Assembly (NCBI GenBank): GCA_964187785.1
Contig: OZ076409.1
Coordinates: forward strand, 60,452,001-60,516,000
Direction of reading: 5' to 3'
From: Amphiscolops sp. MND2022
Taxonomy: Eukaryota
DNA length: 64,000 nucleotides
In this document: positions 39,601 to 51,984 of the stretch, piece by piece
Numbering within the stretch: the first letter of the stretch is position 1
Layout of the letters: the number at the start of each line of letters is the position of its first letter
Program-made: the position numbers and the translations under genes
The notes under the pieces: generated by a model
What the model was told of the DNA's origin: nothing
The model's input: the letters and a program-made list of their open reading frames with translations, nothing else
Databases searched by the model: none

Positions 39601-41224
39601 ACGCAAAAAATCAATAAACAAGGGTTCCAGCAAGGTTTGATTATGGTCATCCGCGAAGTGGGTGATATCTGCAAGATATTGAATAAAGCAACTTGCCGCA
39701 ACTCGTCTCTATCGGACTTGGTGCGAAAGCATTCAGTGAATTCGAGGGCCACTGAACCCGTATTACATATATAGACAATAGGCCAACAGACCACCCTACT
39801 GCCGGGTCAAAGTTCGTGCAAAGGGAGTGCGGATCAGCTATCTGACAGGCAACCTCGAGAAGAAGGCTTGGCGTCACGGCCAATCAAAGCAGTTTTGCAA
39901 ACATGATAATCCGGTGCCTGATGCGGAACGTAAAGAATCAGTGAAAACTGCAAACCGTCTTCTAGAGATGGACTCACAAGTGCGTTCTAATCCTGATTTT
40001 TTTTCGCTTTCTAACACGCTTTGGTGAGTTGTATTTTTTGCTTATTCCGCTCACGGTGAAGTTTTCACTCTCAAACACATGTAATAACATAGCAAATTAA
40101 CTGAAAGTCTGTTCATAGTTAAAAGTGACTTTTAGTTCTTTTTCAGTGGAATTTCGTTTCTAAAAAAGTTTCAAAATCTTACTCAAGACGTAGTCAGGTT
40201 AAATAGGAAGATTCATTTGTTTTAGGTTTTCTTATATTTGCAATTGTTGCCGAGAAATTAGATGTGAATGTTTCCTTCCGAATAAAATTTTCATACATAG
40301 TTTTAGAAAGTGGAGGCGGACGTATAGCATTAAAACGTTACGCGGTCGCTTCGTATCAGCTAGGAATGCTTAGTTTGGTTATCAACGGCACTAAAGACAA
40401 TCTTTTTGACATTAAACATTAAGGCGAGGTACTTGAAGTACTTACTGTTATCTTTACTTTCATAGATATCACATCCGAATAATTTACCTTGCTGAAGGTA
40501 CAAAATTGAAATACACGTCAAAACATGGTCAAAAGTCAAAAACCCTACTCATACTATCAATAGACCCATGTGAGGTGCTGGTGCTCTGTTTCCCGCATCT
40601 GGTTGTTTGATATCCTGGTTTTGGCCGACCGTACTATGTAGTTTTGTTCGATGATTAGATTCGCTGCCACTAGGGACATTTGTTGTCTCTAGAAAGCTCT
40701 CAATCGTGAAACGGTCCAATTTGTTGGCCGTAGTCTTCGTATAGGATTTCCTGCCTCGCTAGCATTTTCATTTGAAGTTTTCTAGTCCTCTTCCATTTGA
40801 TGGATAGATTGAATGGCTGTAAGTTCTGGTGAATTTGACTGTGGATTTATGTTTTCGATTGTGAACTGTTCGATTGGTGCAAAAGTTTCGCGTGCAAGCT
40901 TTTAATTGGTTGTTACGCTAGTGTTCGGACTTCGTGATTTGGTTTGCCAATACGAGTTCCGTATTCAAGTGGAATCTCTTTTTGTTCGTTTTTTCGGCCA
41001 TGTTTTTGCCTGGTTGTTTCTTTATTTTATTTGTAAATTGCATCAAAATTTTCCAAATATGTGTTCAGCTTTCAACGTTTTGATTTAATTTTTGAATAGT
41101 GTGACCGGTTGCGTCGTATGAAATTGTTCTTCAATTTCAATCTTTCAATAAATAATTGGAGTTCTGTGTCCAGTTCCTTCTTACTTCCTTTCCGTATTGA
41201 GCACTCCGATTGGTTTCTGACTTT
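36670..41224. repeat. blocks A+B, copy 2 (contiguous)
   Basis: A ends at 39977 and B starts at 39982, with no intervening insert. Confidence 0.9.
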
Positions 41225-41299
41225 AAAAAAATGAGAATGTGAAAATGAGAAATTTAAATATGAAAATTGTATTTTTGGCCTAGACCACTGCCTACTTGT

Positions 41300-42701
41300 A
41301 GGTGTCTTTTTTCAGCGTCGTTCAAGGAGCCGCTGGCAAATGCTATAAATTTTATTATTTAGCTTCTAATCCTTGCAATAAACAAGGTGAAAAATCCCAT
41401 GTGTACTTCCATCAGTGTGATGGCATTGATTGCGAAATTTGAAAAAAAGTTGTTTGTGTCTTTTTTCATTTCAGTTCTTTCTTCTCTATTTTAGTAGCTT
41501 CCGTAAATTATCGGTTTTACAGGATAGGTTTTTTGTGTATTTGACAAACGTTTTTCCTCCGCAAAAGAATCTAAGCTCGTTTTGGCTTTTTGGTGTGTCA
41601 ATTTTTGTTAGTGCATCTACGTTCTTTCAGCTGGTGGTATTCTGGAGGCAAAACTTTTATGATCGAGCAGTTCAGTTTCGTGTAAAAACAGTTTGTACGT
41701 TAATCGACGTTTCGAAGGTTTGTTAGTTTTAGTTGGTAATCTTTGTGGTGGTTATCATCCAATAAAACCCTGTGTTACGAAAATGATTTCATCTAGCGAG
41801 TCGGGAGTCTCGAAGTTTTTCGTTTCGTCGACCTTTTGATGAAAAACTTGGATGCTCCACGTGTCCGTGGAACTTTTTTTGATTCCTTCGAATCCTGTGA
41901 AATCTCAGCCGACCTGTGAAATTTCAATGTTATGTGCTGTTCAGTTTTGGAGATCCATAGGTTTAGATCATGTTTTTCTCAAGTTCTTTGCGCATTTGGG
42001 AAATTGATTCTTCCACTTTTGCCGCTTGTTTATGTTTGCTGGTGGTTTAATGGAAGCATCAAGTGGTTTTATAGATTCGAGGGCATTTTTCATCAAGTTG
42101 CCTTTTTTAAGCTGCTGATACTAACAATAGGATGAGATAAACGACTTCTGAGTCGGTATTTGTTCAACATCTCCAAAATCGTTTACCAGTTTAAGTTCTA
42201 TTCCATTACATTCATCTTCGAATGGCAATCTGGATCTTTATTTTAATACGTTTATCGCTCCATTTTTATACATTTGGATCTGCATACTTTCTTGTTGTCC
42301 CTTTTTCGACAGGTCATGTTTTTTTGCCGGGCATGTGTGGTTTGTGTTTGCCGCAATTTATTTTGTCCGGTTTTTGTACTTGTGTGTCAGTCAGCTGGTG
42401 TTTTGGTTAAAAAAATGTTTTTTGTTCACCTGGTTGGATTCTTATAGTTTTTTTCTTCAGGTCTTTCTCTTTGGTAACTGCTCCGATTTTCATTCTTTTG
42501 ACTTTAATACAACGAAATCCTGCTGCTGTATTGTGTGTTTTTGTCCGACATAAAGCTGTATTTGATTAGTTCGATGAATTTTTCTATTGAAATCGGTGAT
42601 ACCGGTTCGTTGTGTAAAGGTTTTGTCATGGTGTGTATTTATCGCCTAATATGCAGTCTGTTGATCAGCAATTTCTTCAATGTTTTATGTTGTGCTCTAG
42701 C
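41300..42701 (-). pseudogene. decayed Gypsy gag-pol relic, next to or interrupted by BEL element 2
   Basis: The - strand gives CPAK(N)MTCRK..KVCRSK (knuckle, about 42260-42335) and LTKIDTPKSQNELRFF..TFVKYTKNLSCKTDNLRKLLK (RT-RNaseH link), plus a TDGST RNase H-like start. Confidence 0.6.
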
Positions 42702-45700
42702 TGTCATAAATGACTCATGAAACTACTATATAAACTGAAACACATTGTCTTTTGAATATATGATTCACTGCTATACATAATTCTGAGAAGAAAAGATTGA
42801 ATATATCCCGCCTTGATAGACATCTTTTCTAACAATTGGCGCTCCTGGGAAAAGAACTTTATTGGATTGGAACTGGTCCCTGCTTTCTTCTCATGCTGCA
42901 AAACTCTGTTAGTTCGTTCCTTCTCAGAGATATCTTCCGCCGTATGTGAGTAACGCCTACATCAAACTACCCCCAATCCAAATACCCAAATTCGATGGTG
43001 ATCCACTCGCTTTCCACTATTGGATTAATATCTTCAAGGCTTCTGTCCACGAAAACACTTCCATATCCAAAACACACCGAATTACCTAACTTCAGAACTC
43101 AGTCAGTGGCAAAGCTAAAGACCATTTTCGAGGTTATTCTTGTAACCCTGCACTTTACAACGTTGCCTTGGCTGAACTAGAATCTCGTTTTGGATCTCCA
43201 CAACACATCGTCACTGCCTACATACACCGCCTTGAAAACTGGGCCCACATCTCATCCCAGAACCCTCATACACTTGTTTCCTTCTTTACATTCCTAAAAC
43301 AACTCGTCCAAACATTCATTAACCTCCGATTCACCGCCGACCTTCAATGGTCAACAGTACTCACTATTGCTAAAGAGAAACTTCCGCATAATCTCCTTCT
43401 CAAATGGACAGAACACACCGTCAAGAACAACATCCTTTCACCGACTTTGCTTGATTTTCAGCAATGGCTGGAGATTCAAGCCAGAGTTCACGAAGCTGTT
43501 GAAACAAACTATCTGTCCCGCTCCCGAGATCATCGTCGCCCTCGCAAAAAACCCAAAAGAAACAAAATGAATGTCCTCTTTGTCTCCAATATCATTCGAT
43601 CACTCGCTGTCCGCAATATCTCGACTCTTCCATCCAAGATCGAATACAACATGTTAAAAGTTTGCATCTCTGTTTCAACTGCCTCGGTCAGAGCCATTTG
43701 AAAAAAAACTGCCCATCGTCCAACCGTTGCATTAAACCCAACTGCGGTGCTCTGCACCACACGTCCTTCCACACCTCTGATTCTGAAAACAGACGCTCCA
43801 TTGTAAAAAAGACCTATCCGAACAAACCACAACCTGCTCCCGCATCCACGCAAGCTCCCGAAAACCGCCCCAACGCCACAAATGCCGCCCCAGCAATTCA
43901 TCAAAAAAGTTCTCACAACAACTCTTGCCAACATCAATTCAACCCCTCACAGTTCAATGCTACCGCAAGTGTTGACCCAGAGAATAAACAGTTTCCGAAA
44001 ACGCTTTTTGCTCTACTTCAATTCATTACTGTGTCTCTGCTCAATGGAGACAAACTTTTTCACACTTATGCCTTGATCGACCCTGGAAGCACAGGAACAT
44101 ACGTCCTCGATAGCATCAGCCACTCTCTGAATTTAGAAACTGGACACCAATTCGATTTAGATGTTCAGTTCATGAACTTGTCTCGTTCCTTTTCCGCCGT
44201 CCGTCCCACCGCTTTCAAAATTGCTCCCTACGCCGACAATGAAACACAATTCGAAATCAAAAACGTTTATACAACCACTTGCCTCAACATTTCCCAGGCA
44301 AATATCTCCGATTTGAATGGCATCTGCCAATCGAACTCAATGCTCTGCCACATCAAATTCCCTGACATTGACAAAGGACGCATCGGCGTTCTTCTTGGAA
44401 CATCGTGCGTGCAGTTTACACACGCTTTAGAATGGATCCGAGGATCCCCCACCCGACCTGCCTGTCTCCGCACTGAACTCGGCTGGACCATCGCCGGCGA
44501 GTTCATGCATCGAAAACGAGCTAAATCGTCCTTTCGAAAAAACTTCGTCCTTTTCACCGAAACGGTGCCGAACAGATTTCACTTGACATGCTTGAACAGT
44601 ATTGGTCAATTGAAAAAACAGCCAGTGAACCCGCCGAATCCTTCGTTCTCTCCGATGTTGACAACGAAGCCGTCCAAATACTTGAAAAAACGTGTCGCGA
44701 CAACGGCGAATGTTATGAAATTGGCCTTCCGTGGAAAACTGACGTTCAGCTACCGAACAATCACTACGCCGCCCTCAACCGTGTCCGTTCCCTCGAAACA
44801 CGTTTAATTCGCAATTTCGCAATCCCGAACTGAAGAAAAAATTCAACGAAACTCTTACCACAGATCTTCAGGAGCAGTACGTTACGCCCGTTGTAACGCA
44901 GAATCCGCCGCCTGAAAAAATTTGGTACTTACCGACTCATCCCGTAGAAAATCCTAACAAACCTGGCAAAGTCCGTCGCGTTGCAAATGCTGCCTCGAAG
45001 TACAAATATGAATCTTTGAACTCCAATCTCCTCGCAGGACCTGATCTTCTTGCAAACCTGCATGAACTCATCCTCCGTTTCCCTGAACACGCCGTTGGTG
45101 TCCTAGCCGACATTGAAGGAATGTTCATGCAAATCGCAATCCGCCCTGAAGATCAATCAGCCCTCCGCTTTCTTTGGATGTCCGATAACTACGTGCTCCA
45201 ATACCAGTACATCCGCCTCATCTTTGGTGCCAACTGCTCTTCGTTTCGCGCCATATTCGTACTCCGTCGTTGGGCTCAAGATCTCGCTTCCCAATTCCCC
45301 GATGTATTGCAAGCCGTGCTTAACAATTTTTACATGGATAATTTCATCCAAACCTTCTCAACACCAACTGCGGCCCGTCAATTGACAAACGATCTACGTA
45401 CCGTCCTCCAGCTTGGAGGTTTCCGTCTTACCATGTCCATCTCCAACAACAGTTATGCCCTGTCCTCCATTCCCGCCGAAGACCGTGAACAATCTGCATC
45501 CGAAACCAAGGTTTTGGGTCGAACGTCGTGTCTTCGCACTGACTCCTACACCGCACCACCACCTAAGTCCGTTGATAATCCGACCACACTCAGACAACTT
45601 TTCAGCCTGGTTTCATCAATATTCGACCCGATTGGTTTACTATCACCGCTAGTGATCCAATTCAACATAATACTTCAATCTCTCTGTAAACTTGGTCAAA

Positions 45701-48025
45701 CTTGGAACCAGGCCACATCCAATCCTCCGTGAATAAACTCACTGATTGTTGCCGGACAATGCTGACCATCATCTCCGAACCTCGCTGTGCTTTCCGATCA
45801 GCCACAACCGTGGAACTCCACGTCTTTACTCACGCATCAAACTCCGCTTTCGCCGCTGTCATTTATGCTCGTCAATCATCATCTTTTTCGCATACCTCAG
45901 CTCAACAAATCTTCGTCATCGGAAAGAGCCGTGTCTACCTGATTGAACAAAAAAGCATTCCAAAACTGGAACTTGAAGCCGCCGTTCTTGGAGTCCGTCT
46001 GCTTCGAGTCGTCCGTAACGTTTTTTCTTGCTCCTTCCCAGTTGTGAAGTCCTGGACCGACAGTTGTGTCGTTATGGACTGGATACAGCGACAGAACAAA
46101 CTCAAGAGTTTTGTCGCCTACAGAGTCAATAAAATTACTCTACATTCTGACCTGCTGGACTAGAAATACGTTCCAACCAAACAAAACCCTGCAGATCACG
46201 GTACCTGTGGTCTCAGACCCGACGAAATTTCCGCCAGATGGATCGAAGGTCCATCTTTCCTCAACGAATCGGCCGAAAATTGGCCCAAACGACAGCAAAC
46301 AACCTGTACAGCCATCGTTATTGATCAAAAGTCAGTCCTTTTCGACACTTAACGTTTCTCCACCTGGAACAACCTACGAAAAGCCGTCGCCAACGTTTTT
46401 CGTTTCCTCCGTCGCCTTCGTTCACCGTTTTCATCTTCCACACTGATCTCTGAAGACTTTCGCAAAACCAATCTCGCGCTTATCAAACAATCGCAATCTC
46501 TGTCGTTTGCCTCTACTTTGCATCAGCTGCGTCAAAACCTGGATCCGACCTCGCACGACAAACTCATACCTTTCCGACCGTTCATCGATCAAGATTCACT
46601 CTTGCGCTCTCATGGCGTCCTCGTATACGCACCGCTCGCTCAAGCAATGCGTACTCCTTTATTCCTCGACTCGAAGGAGCCCATAACAAATCTCTACTTG
46701 AAGCACGCTCATGAAATCTGTTGTCATGCCGGACCCGAATTCGTTAAAGCTTTTGTCGAACAACGATTCAATGTTTTCGGTATCCGAGCCGCGTTGCGCT
46801 CAATCATTTATTGCTGTTTTATCTGCCGCCGTTTCCGTGTTGAAAACGTCCAACCAGAAATGGCTCCGTTACCACAACTACGCTTTCCCAGCCCGAAATC
46901 ACCGTTCTCGTTCAAAAAAAAACTGGAGTTGACCTCTTCGGTCCCTTCCTCATTGTCAACGAAAGTAAGACTGAAAATCATTACGGCATCATTTTCAACT
47001 GTCTCTTCACCCGCGCCTGCCATCTCGAATCCTGCTCTAGCATGACTACTGACAGCTTTCTGAAGGCATTCCGCCGCTTCATTGCCAGACGAGGGCACCC
47101 GCGTCGGCTGCGTTCCGATAACGGTAAGAACTTTGTCGGAGCGCGCTGTGAACTGCAAGCCTGTCTGAACGATGGGATCGCCGCTGTTCAGAACATAATT
47201 CCTCACGCAGAAGAAATCTGTTGGGATTTTAATCCTCCTTCTGCGCCTCATTTTGGTGGTCCCTGGGAAAGGATGATCCAGACCGCAAAACGAACACTTC
47301 TGATTATCCTTGGATCCCAAAAAACTGACGCTCGAATTTTTCACGACAATTTTTGCCCAAACCGAGCTGATGTTGAACTCGTGACCACTCACCCATGTCA
47401 ACGACCAGCCAGAAAACGACGAACCTCTAACACCAAACCACTTCCTTCTACCCCGCCCATTCGCAAACATACCACCCATTGTTTTTGAAGACACAGAGAA
47501 ACCGCTGTCTTTCAATTCCTGGAAGAAGTCCAAAAAGTTTCTAACCATTTTTGGAAACGATTCTTGAAAGAGTACCTGCCAATTTTGGATCGACGACAGA
47601 AATGGAACAAAGCAATGCCCTCTCTCAAAGTCAACGATATCGTTTGGTTGCTGCAAGACTTCACACCTCGAGGAATTTGGCCACTGGGAAAAATAACAAC
47701 CACCCACCCTGGGAAAGATGGAGTTACCCGTGTGTGCACTGTTAAAACAGCATACGGAACTTTCGAACGCCCGGCCATCTCGCTTTCCCCCGTTTTCGCC
47801 ACGTAACGGTTCCCTCGCTCAATCATTTTTCCTAACCACATAATCGCCTTGCCCCTCTCTCCTTCTTGCAGCTTGTGGGGGTGGAGCCTGTCATGAATGA
47901 CTCGTCAAACTACTATATAAACTAGCTGAAACACATTGTCTTTTGAATATATGATTCACTGCTTTACATAATTCTGAGAAGAAAAGATTGAATATATCCC
48001 GCCTTGATAGACATCTTTTCTAACA
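42702..48025 (+). mobile_element. BEL/Pao LTR retrotransposon 2, both LTRs present but decayed
   Basis: TG..CA LTRs at 42702-42834 and 47889-48025 (about 4 substitutions plus a 4-bp indel). TSD CTAGC/TTAGC, PBS TGGCGCTCCTGGG, PPT GTGGGGGTGGAG. Confidence 0.93.
42950..47806 (+). pseudogene. frameshifted BEL/Pao gag-pol
   Basis: IPKFDGD, CFNCLGQSH, ALIDPGS, ADIEGMFMQ, YMDN (from YMDD), FTHAS (from FTDAS), SDNGKNF, HFGGPWER and WPLGKI, spread over many frames. Confidence 0.92.
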
Positions 48026-48912
48026 TTAGCGAGCGTCTGGGGTTCCAGGAAGTTATGAGTTCATCACGATAGTTTGGATAAGATTAATGTAAAACGTGCA
48101 TCGGGGTCTGACGATAGGTCTATTTCTGTGTTCGGGAATTATCGTTTTTGCCAGAGAGGTTGCTCGTTCTGATTTATTAGACCTTATTTTGTTCTTTCAA
48201 GAGAAACGTTTTTGTGACTGCGCTTTCTTGTATTCTGACGTTGCATCATAACTAACGAAAAAAGAGCACACTGAAATAAATACAATTAGGTACACTGTAA
48301 AGTAGGTCATTTCCACAAAAGTGAATTTTACACTACACAAACCGATCAACCAAGAGGGTAAATACTAGTCGTGCGGTACAGGGCTCAAGGACGGTTGAAG
48401 TTTTTTTGGGATAATTGAATTCATTTGCAGTCTATACCACAGGTCATTACTTTAATTTTAAAAAAGAATTAGGGCCAAAAATGGCTATTACTTTACACTG
48501 TTTTTGTGTAGGTTTCGCAGGCTACCGCTTGCGATGGAAACTACCACAGTTCTACCCTGAAGGATATTATTCGATTCCAACCCAAGGGTCCTCTTCATAT
48601 AAATACTGAGACCTGGAGTCCGCATGGCTACAAAAATACGATGTGAAACTGAAATATATTAGTTTTTTATTGTCATACCTAATTTCCATTTGCCTAATCA
48701 AGCCAATTTACTTTTAGACAGGCGTTGTTACATACACTGATAAAAAAACAAGTGCTGTTCCTCTTTAGAGCTTGTAATAACTTTGTAAAATGAAGTGTAA
48801 ACTGGAACAATTAGTGCAACTGAAGTTCGAAAAGTGAACGCGTTCAGCTAGACTGAAGTTTTAGTCTAGTTGACGTGTTATCCACGACTGTTGCAACCAA
48901 TGATATTATTAC

Positions 48913-49353
48913 CAGGGCCCGGAGAATAGTTTTGGCACCTATTTTCACCTAATAGTATCTGAAATGGCTAATTCTGTTTTCACCACCTATTTTGCAGCGT
49001 TGCTTGTTTTAACACCTGTTTGATGCAGATTTTGAAATTTCTCAGTCCAACCATTTGAAGCCATTCTAAATTATTGTGCGGAACATTTCTCAGAAATAGT
49101 CCAACCAACCATCTGGTGGAAGGAATTGCCAAACTTCAGCAACAGGAGCATATCAAGGAACTCACTTTTTGCTACTGTAACAAAACTCTTTGATTTTTTT
49201 GTAGCATTATGTACTCCTGAAATACATAATTCAAATACAAAATTTGAATAATCTACCCGGTTTTAGCACCTATTCACCACTTATTTTTGGTATTTTTAGC
49301 ACCTTTTCACCACCTATTTTATCGATTTTTTACGACCCAAAATCCGGGCCCTG
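48913..49353. mobile_element. hAT-like MITE
   Basis: TIR CAGGGCCCGGA / TCCGGGCCCTG. Internal CACCTATTT repeats at both ends. Flanks ATTATTAC / AATATTAT (6/8). Confidence 0.7.
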
Positions 49354-49502
49354 AATATTATTTTATTTGCATCATTGCTGATATTCAGGCCAACAGGACT
49401 TAACGTTCACAATACTGTACAGTATTGTGAACGTTAAGTCCTGTTGGCCTGAATATCAGCAATGATGCAAATAAAATAATATTCAGGGCCCGGATTTTGG
49501 GT
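49335..49502. repeat. perfect 168-bp palindrome (84-bp arms, no spacer)
   Basis: Centred on TGT|ACA at 49418/49419. The arms are reverse-complementary base by base. Confidence 0.95.
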
Positions 49503-50470
49503 GGTAGGGCCCTAGTCGAGACTGCTTGAACTTTTTACATGCTGCAGGCCTGCATGCAGGGTAATTTTTTATAAAACCTAGAAAATTCAGTATGCATCCG
49601 TTGGTAAATCTTGTAGAATTACACTGCATTCTCCACTACTGCAATTAAATTTGAAAATATTTCCCTATTCTTTATGGACATGATCACGTTTAATTCACAC
49701 ATTAATTTCTCAACTACTCATCTGATTTAACCACCGCTTCTCAAATAGGACGCTGAAGATGACGCTAGTTTGCTGTTTACATTGTGAATGAAATTAAATT
49801 GCATTGAAATGGCGGCAAAATTGTGAACGTCTCAGATGCATTTGAAATCAGAACTGATGCATGATAAAACTCGCAGAACTTCACGGCTTGAAATTGCCGC
49901 CAAAAATTTGATGATTCTTTGAAGCAGCTTGATAAAAGTTGATGACAACAGGGAAATAATAACGCATTGAAGTTTCCGTAAGAGATTTAGAAAATCATTG
50001 AAAAAGTTGCTGGCAACTTTAAAGAACATATAAAAAGTTCAAGCAAGTTCAACAAGGGGTTGCTTATAATTTGCATCTAAACATTCAATTAGAAATTGAC
50101 AGTAATGAGCCTCATTGGCCATTCACGGTATTTTACTTGTTTCATGCATGAATATTTCATCATGTAGATCTAAATAATCATTATCATTGCTATTTTACAC
50201 TTGGATCGAGTATGACGGATTGATTGATGAGGAGAGCTATAAATGACCTTGATGACGATAAAGTAGGCTGTTAGTTATAGTAACACGACAATCATTTTTC
50301 CGGGCTTCATGTCCATAGGGTATATACCCATCATCCGCCGTAAAACTGATCATTGGATATTTTCGATACTACAAGTCACTTTTCATCTGGTTATTGTTAA
50401 TCTTATTTGCATCTCACCGTTCACATTGATTTTCAAATTCATAATTAAAAGTTGAAAGTTAATTACTTCA

Positions 50471-51018
50471 ATGCCTCCACTGGGAAACAAAACATTAGAG
50501 AAAAGTTCTCTCGCAAGTCGCATGTAAAATTTCGACTTGGAGGACATGGATGTAATGTTAGGAAATGTTCCAGAGAAGGATTTTAAAAGAGTTCAATCGC
50601 AAGGGAAATAGACGCGGCCTCAATGTCCCGGGACATACATGAAATTACAATTATGATTGGAGAGTGTTTCAGATCTATATTAAATTGAAAAAGTAGCTTA
50701 AAAATTAAGATGAACATAAGATGACTACTGAAGCGACTAAAATACTGAACTCAGAGTTAGTTAACCAGAGGTCCGGGAACTTAGAATAAACTAAAATAGA
50801 TCTGAAGTACTTCCCCAACTTCGAAAGAGTCTAGGCGAGTTTTGGGTCCACATGACTACACAGGAGCTTCGAAGCTAGTACAAGCCGCAAATCACGGCCC
50901 AATCGACGCATAAAGGATTTGAGTCAACGTAATATTGCTTGTTATAGACGAGAGAGTTCAGTAGAGATTCAGAAAAGTGAGCAAAACTACGACAGTTAGG
51001 TTGATAGGCAAGAGCCCC
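50471..51018 (+). pseudogene. decayed copy related to the 53852-54259 ORF (probable Gypsy LTR/gag-start fragment)
   Basis: MPP...DLEDMDVMLGN resembles MPS...SDIENMDLMLGN. Stops and frameshifts throughout. Confidence 0.45.
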
Positions 51019-51238
51019 GATTGACGAAAAAAGAGTTTCTAATTCAAGAAAAACTGAATGTAGAGTTCAACCAGCTTTTTTTGAAAAATTTCCAACAGTT
51101 GTCAACTCTGCGAATTCCGAATTTGAGCACCTGGTTCAAGACGAAAAGATATGAAGTGGGAGTAAAAGTATCCCTTCTTTGCTTTTCGTCTCCAATGGGT
51201 CATGACGAAAAGTTGTGAAGTGGGAGTAAAAGTATCCC

Positions 51239-51784
51239 TGTTACGACTACTACACGGGTCGTTGTTTTGAGTAGAGTTGATCCTAACTGATTTTGTAGGA
51301 GTGTAGAAACTCCTAGTTTCATTTTCCGTTTCCTCTTCGGTGTTTCCTTTTATATTTTCTCTTGTTTCAGTTTTTAGCAGTTTCAACATCTCTTTCTGAG
51401 ATTCGACGGAGAAGATTCTTGATTTCAGAGGTGATTTCCTCTTTCAATGAAGCTCTCAAACTTTCCAAGAAACTATTCTCAATCCTAGGGGATTTTAGTC
51501 TCGAAGGTCCCGCGACAATTGCGTCCTGATCTAAAGGACAGGAATTTTCTACCGTTATTGGTTAAACCAAACCTTCACTAACGCTTTCGGTGCTCTCGTG
51601 CTGATTGTTCTTTCTCTTTTGACTTCTTGTAGTCGAAATTTTTGAATGAAGAAAGTTTGGTTTGGAGAATTCTATTTATCTTTGCTATATGTTTTCAACA
51701 AAGTTGAAGGAATAAGCAGAGATGAGTGAAGTACAGCGCAACTAAGTTTTACAAATGCAAAAAGACTGAGTCCCTACGTTACCC
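51239..51784 (-). mobile_element. probable 3' end of a Gypsy LTR containing a decayed ORF start
   Basis: The - strand frame STTRSQKRKNNQ...AGPSRLKSPRIE...NNDPCSSRN runs to GTAGTCGTAACA (a CA terminus). The sequence then switches to a different repeat. The other end is lost in the gap. Confidence 0.5.
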
Positions 51785-51984
51785 NNNNNNNNNNNNNNNN
51801 NNNNNNNNNNNNNNNNNNNNNNNNNNNNNNNNNNNNNNNNNNNNNNNNNNNNNNNNNNNNNNNNNNNNNNNNNNNNNNNNNNNNNNNNNNNNNNNNNNNN
51901 NNNNNNNNNNNNNNNNNNNNNNNNNNNNNNNNNNNNNNNNNNNNNNNNNNNNNNNNNNNNNNNNNNNNNNNNNNNNNNNNNNNN
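51785..51984. other. assembly gap (200 N)
   Basis: Run of N with a round length, which suggests a scaffolding join. Confidence 0.99.

Noticed and set aside
46808..47707. 299-aa minus-strand ORF
   Set aside because: Antisense shadow of the BEL integrase region.
51140..51240. 36-bp direct repeats with a 28-bp spacer, superficially CRISPR-like
   Set aside because: Only two imperfect units, eukaryotic context and no cas genes. Better explained as LTR-derived.
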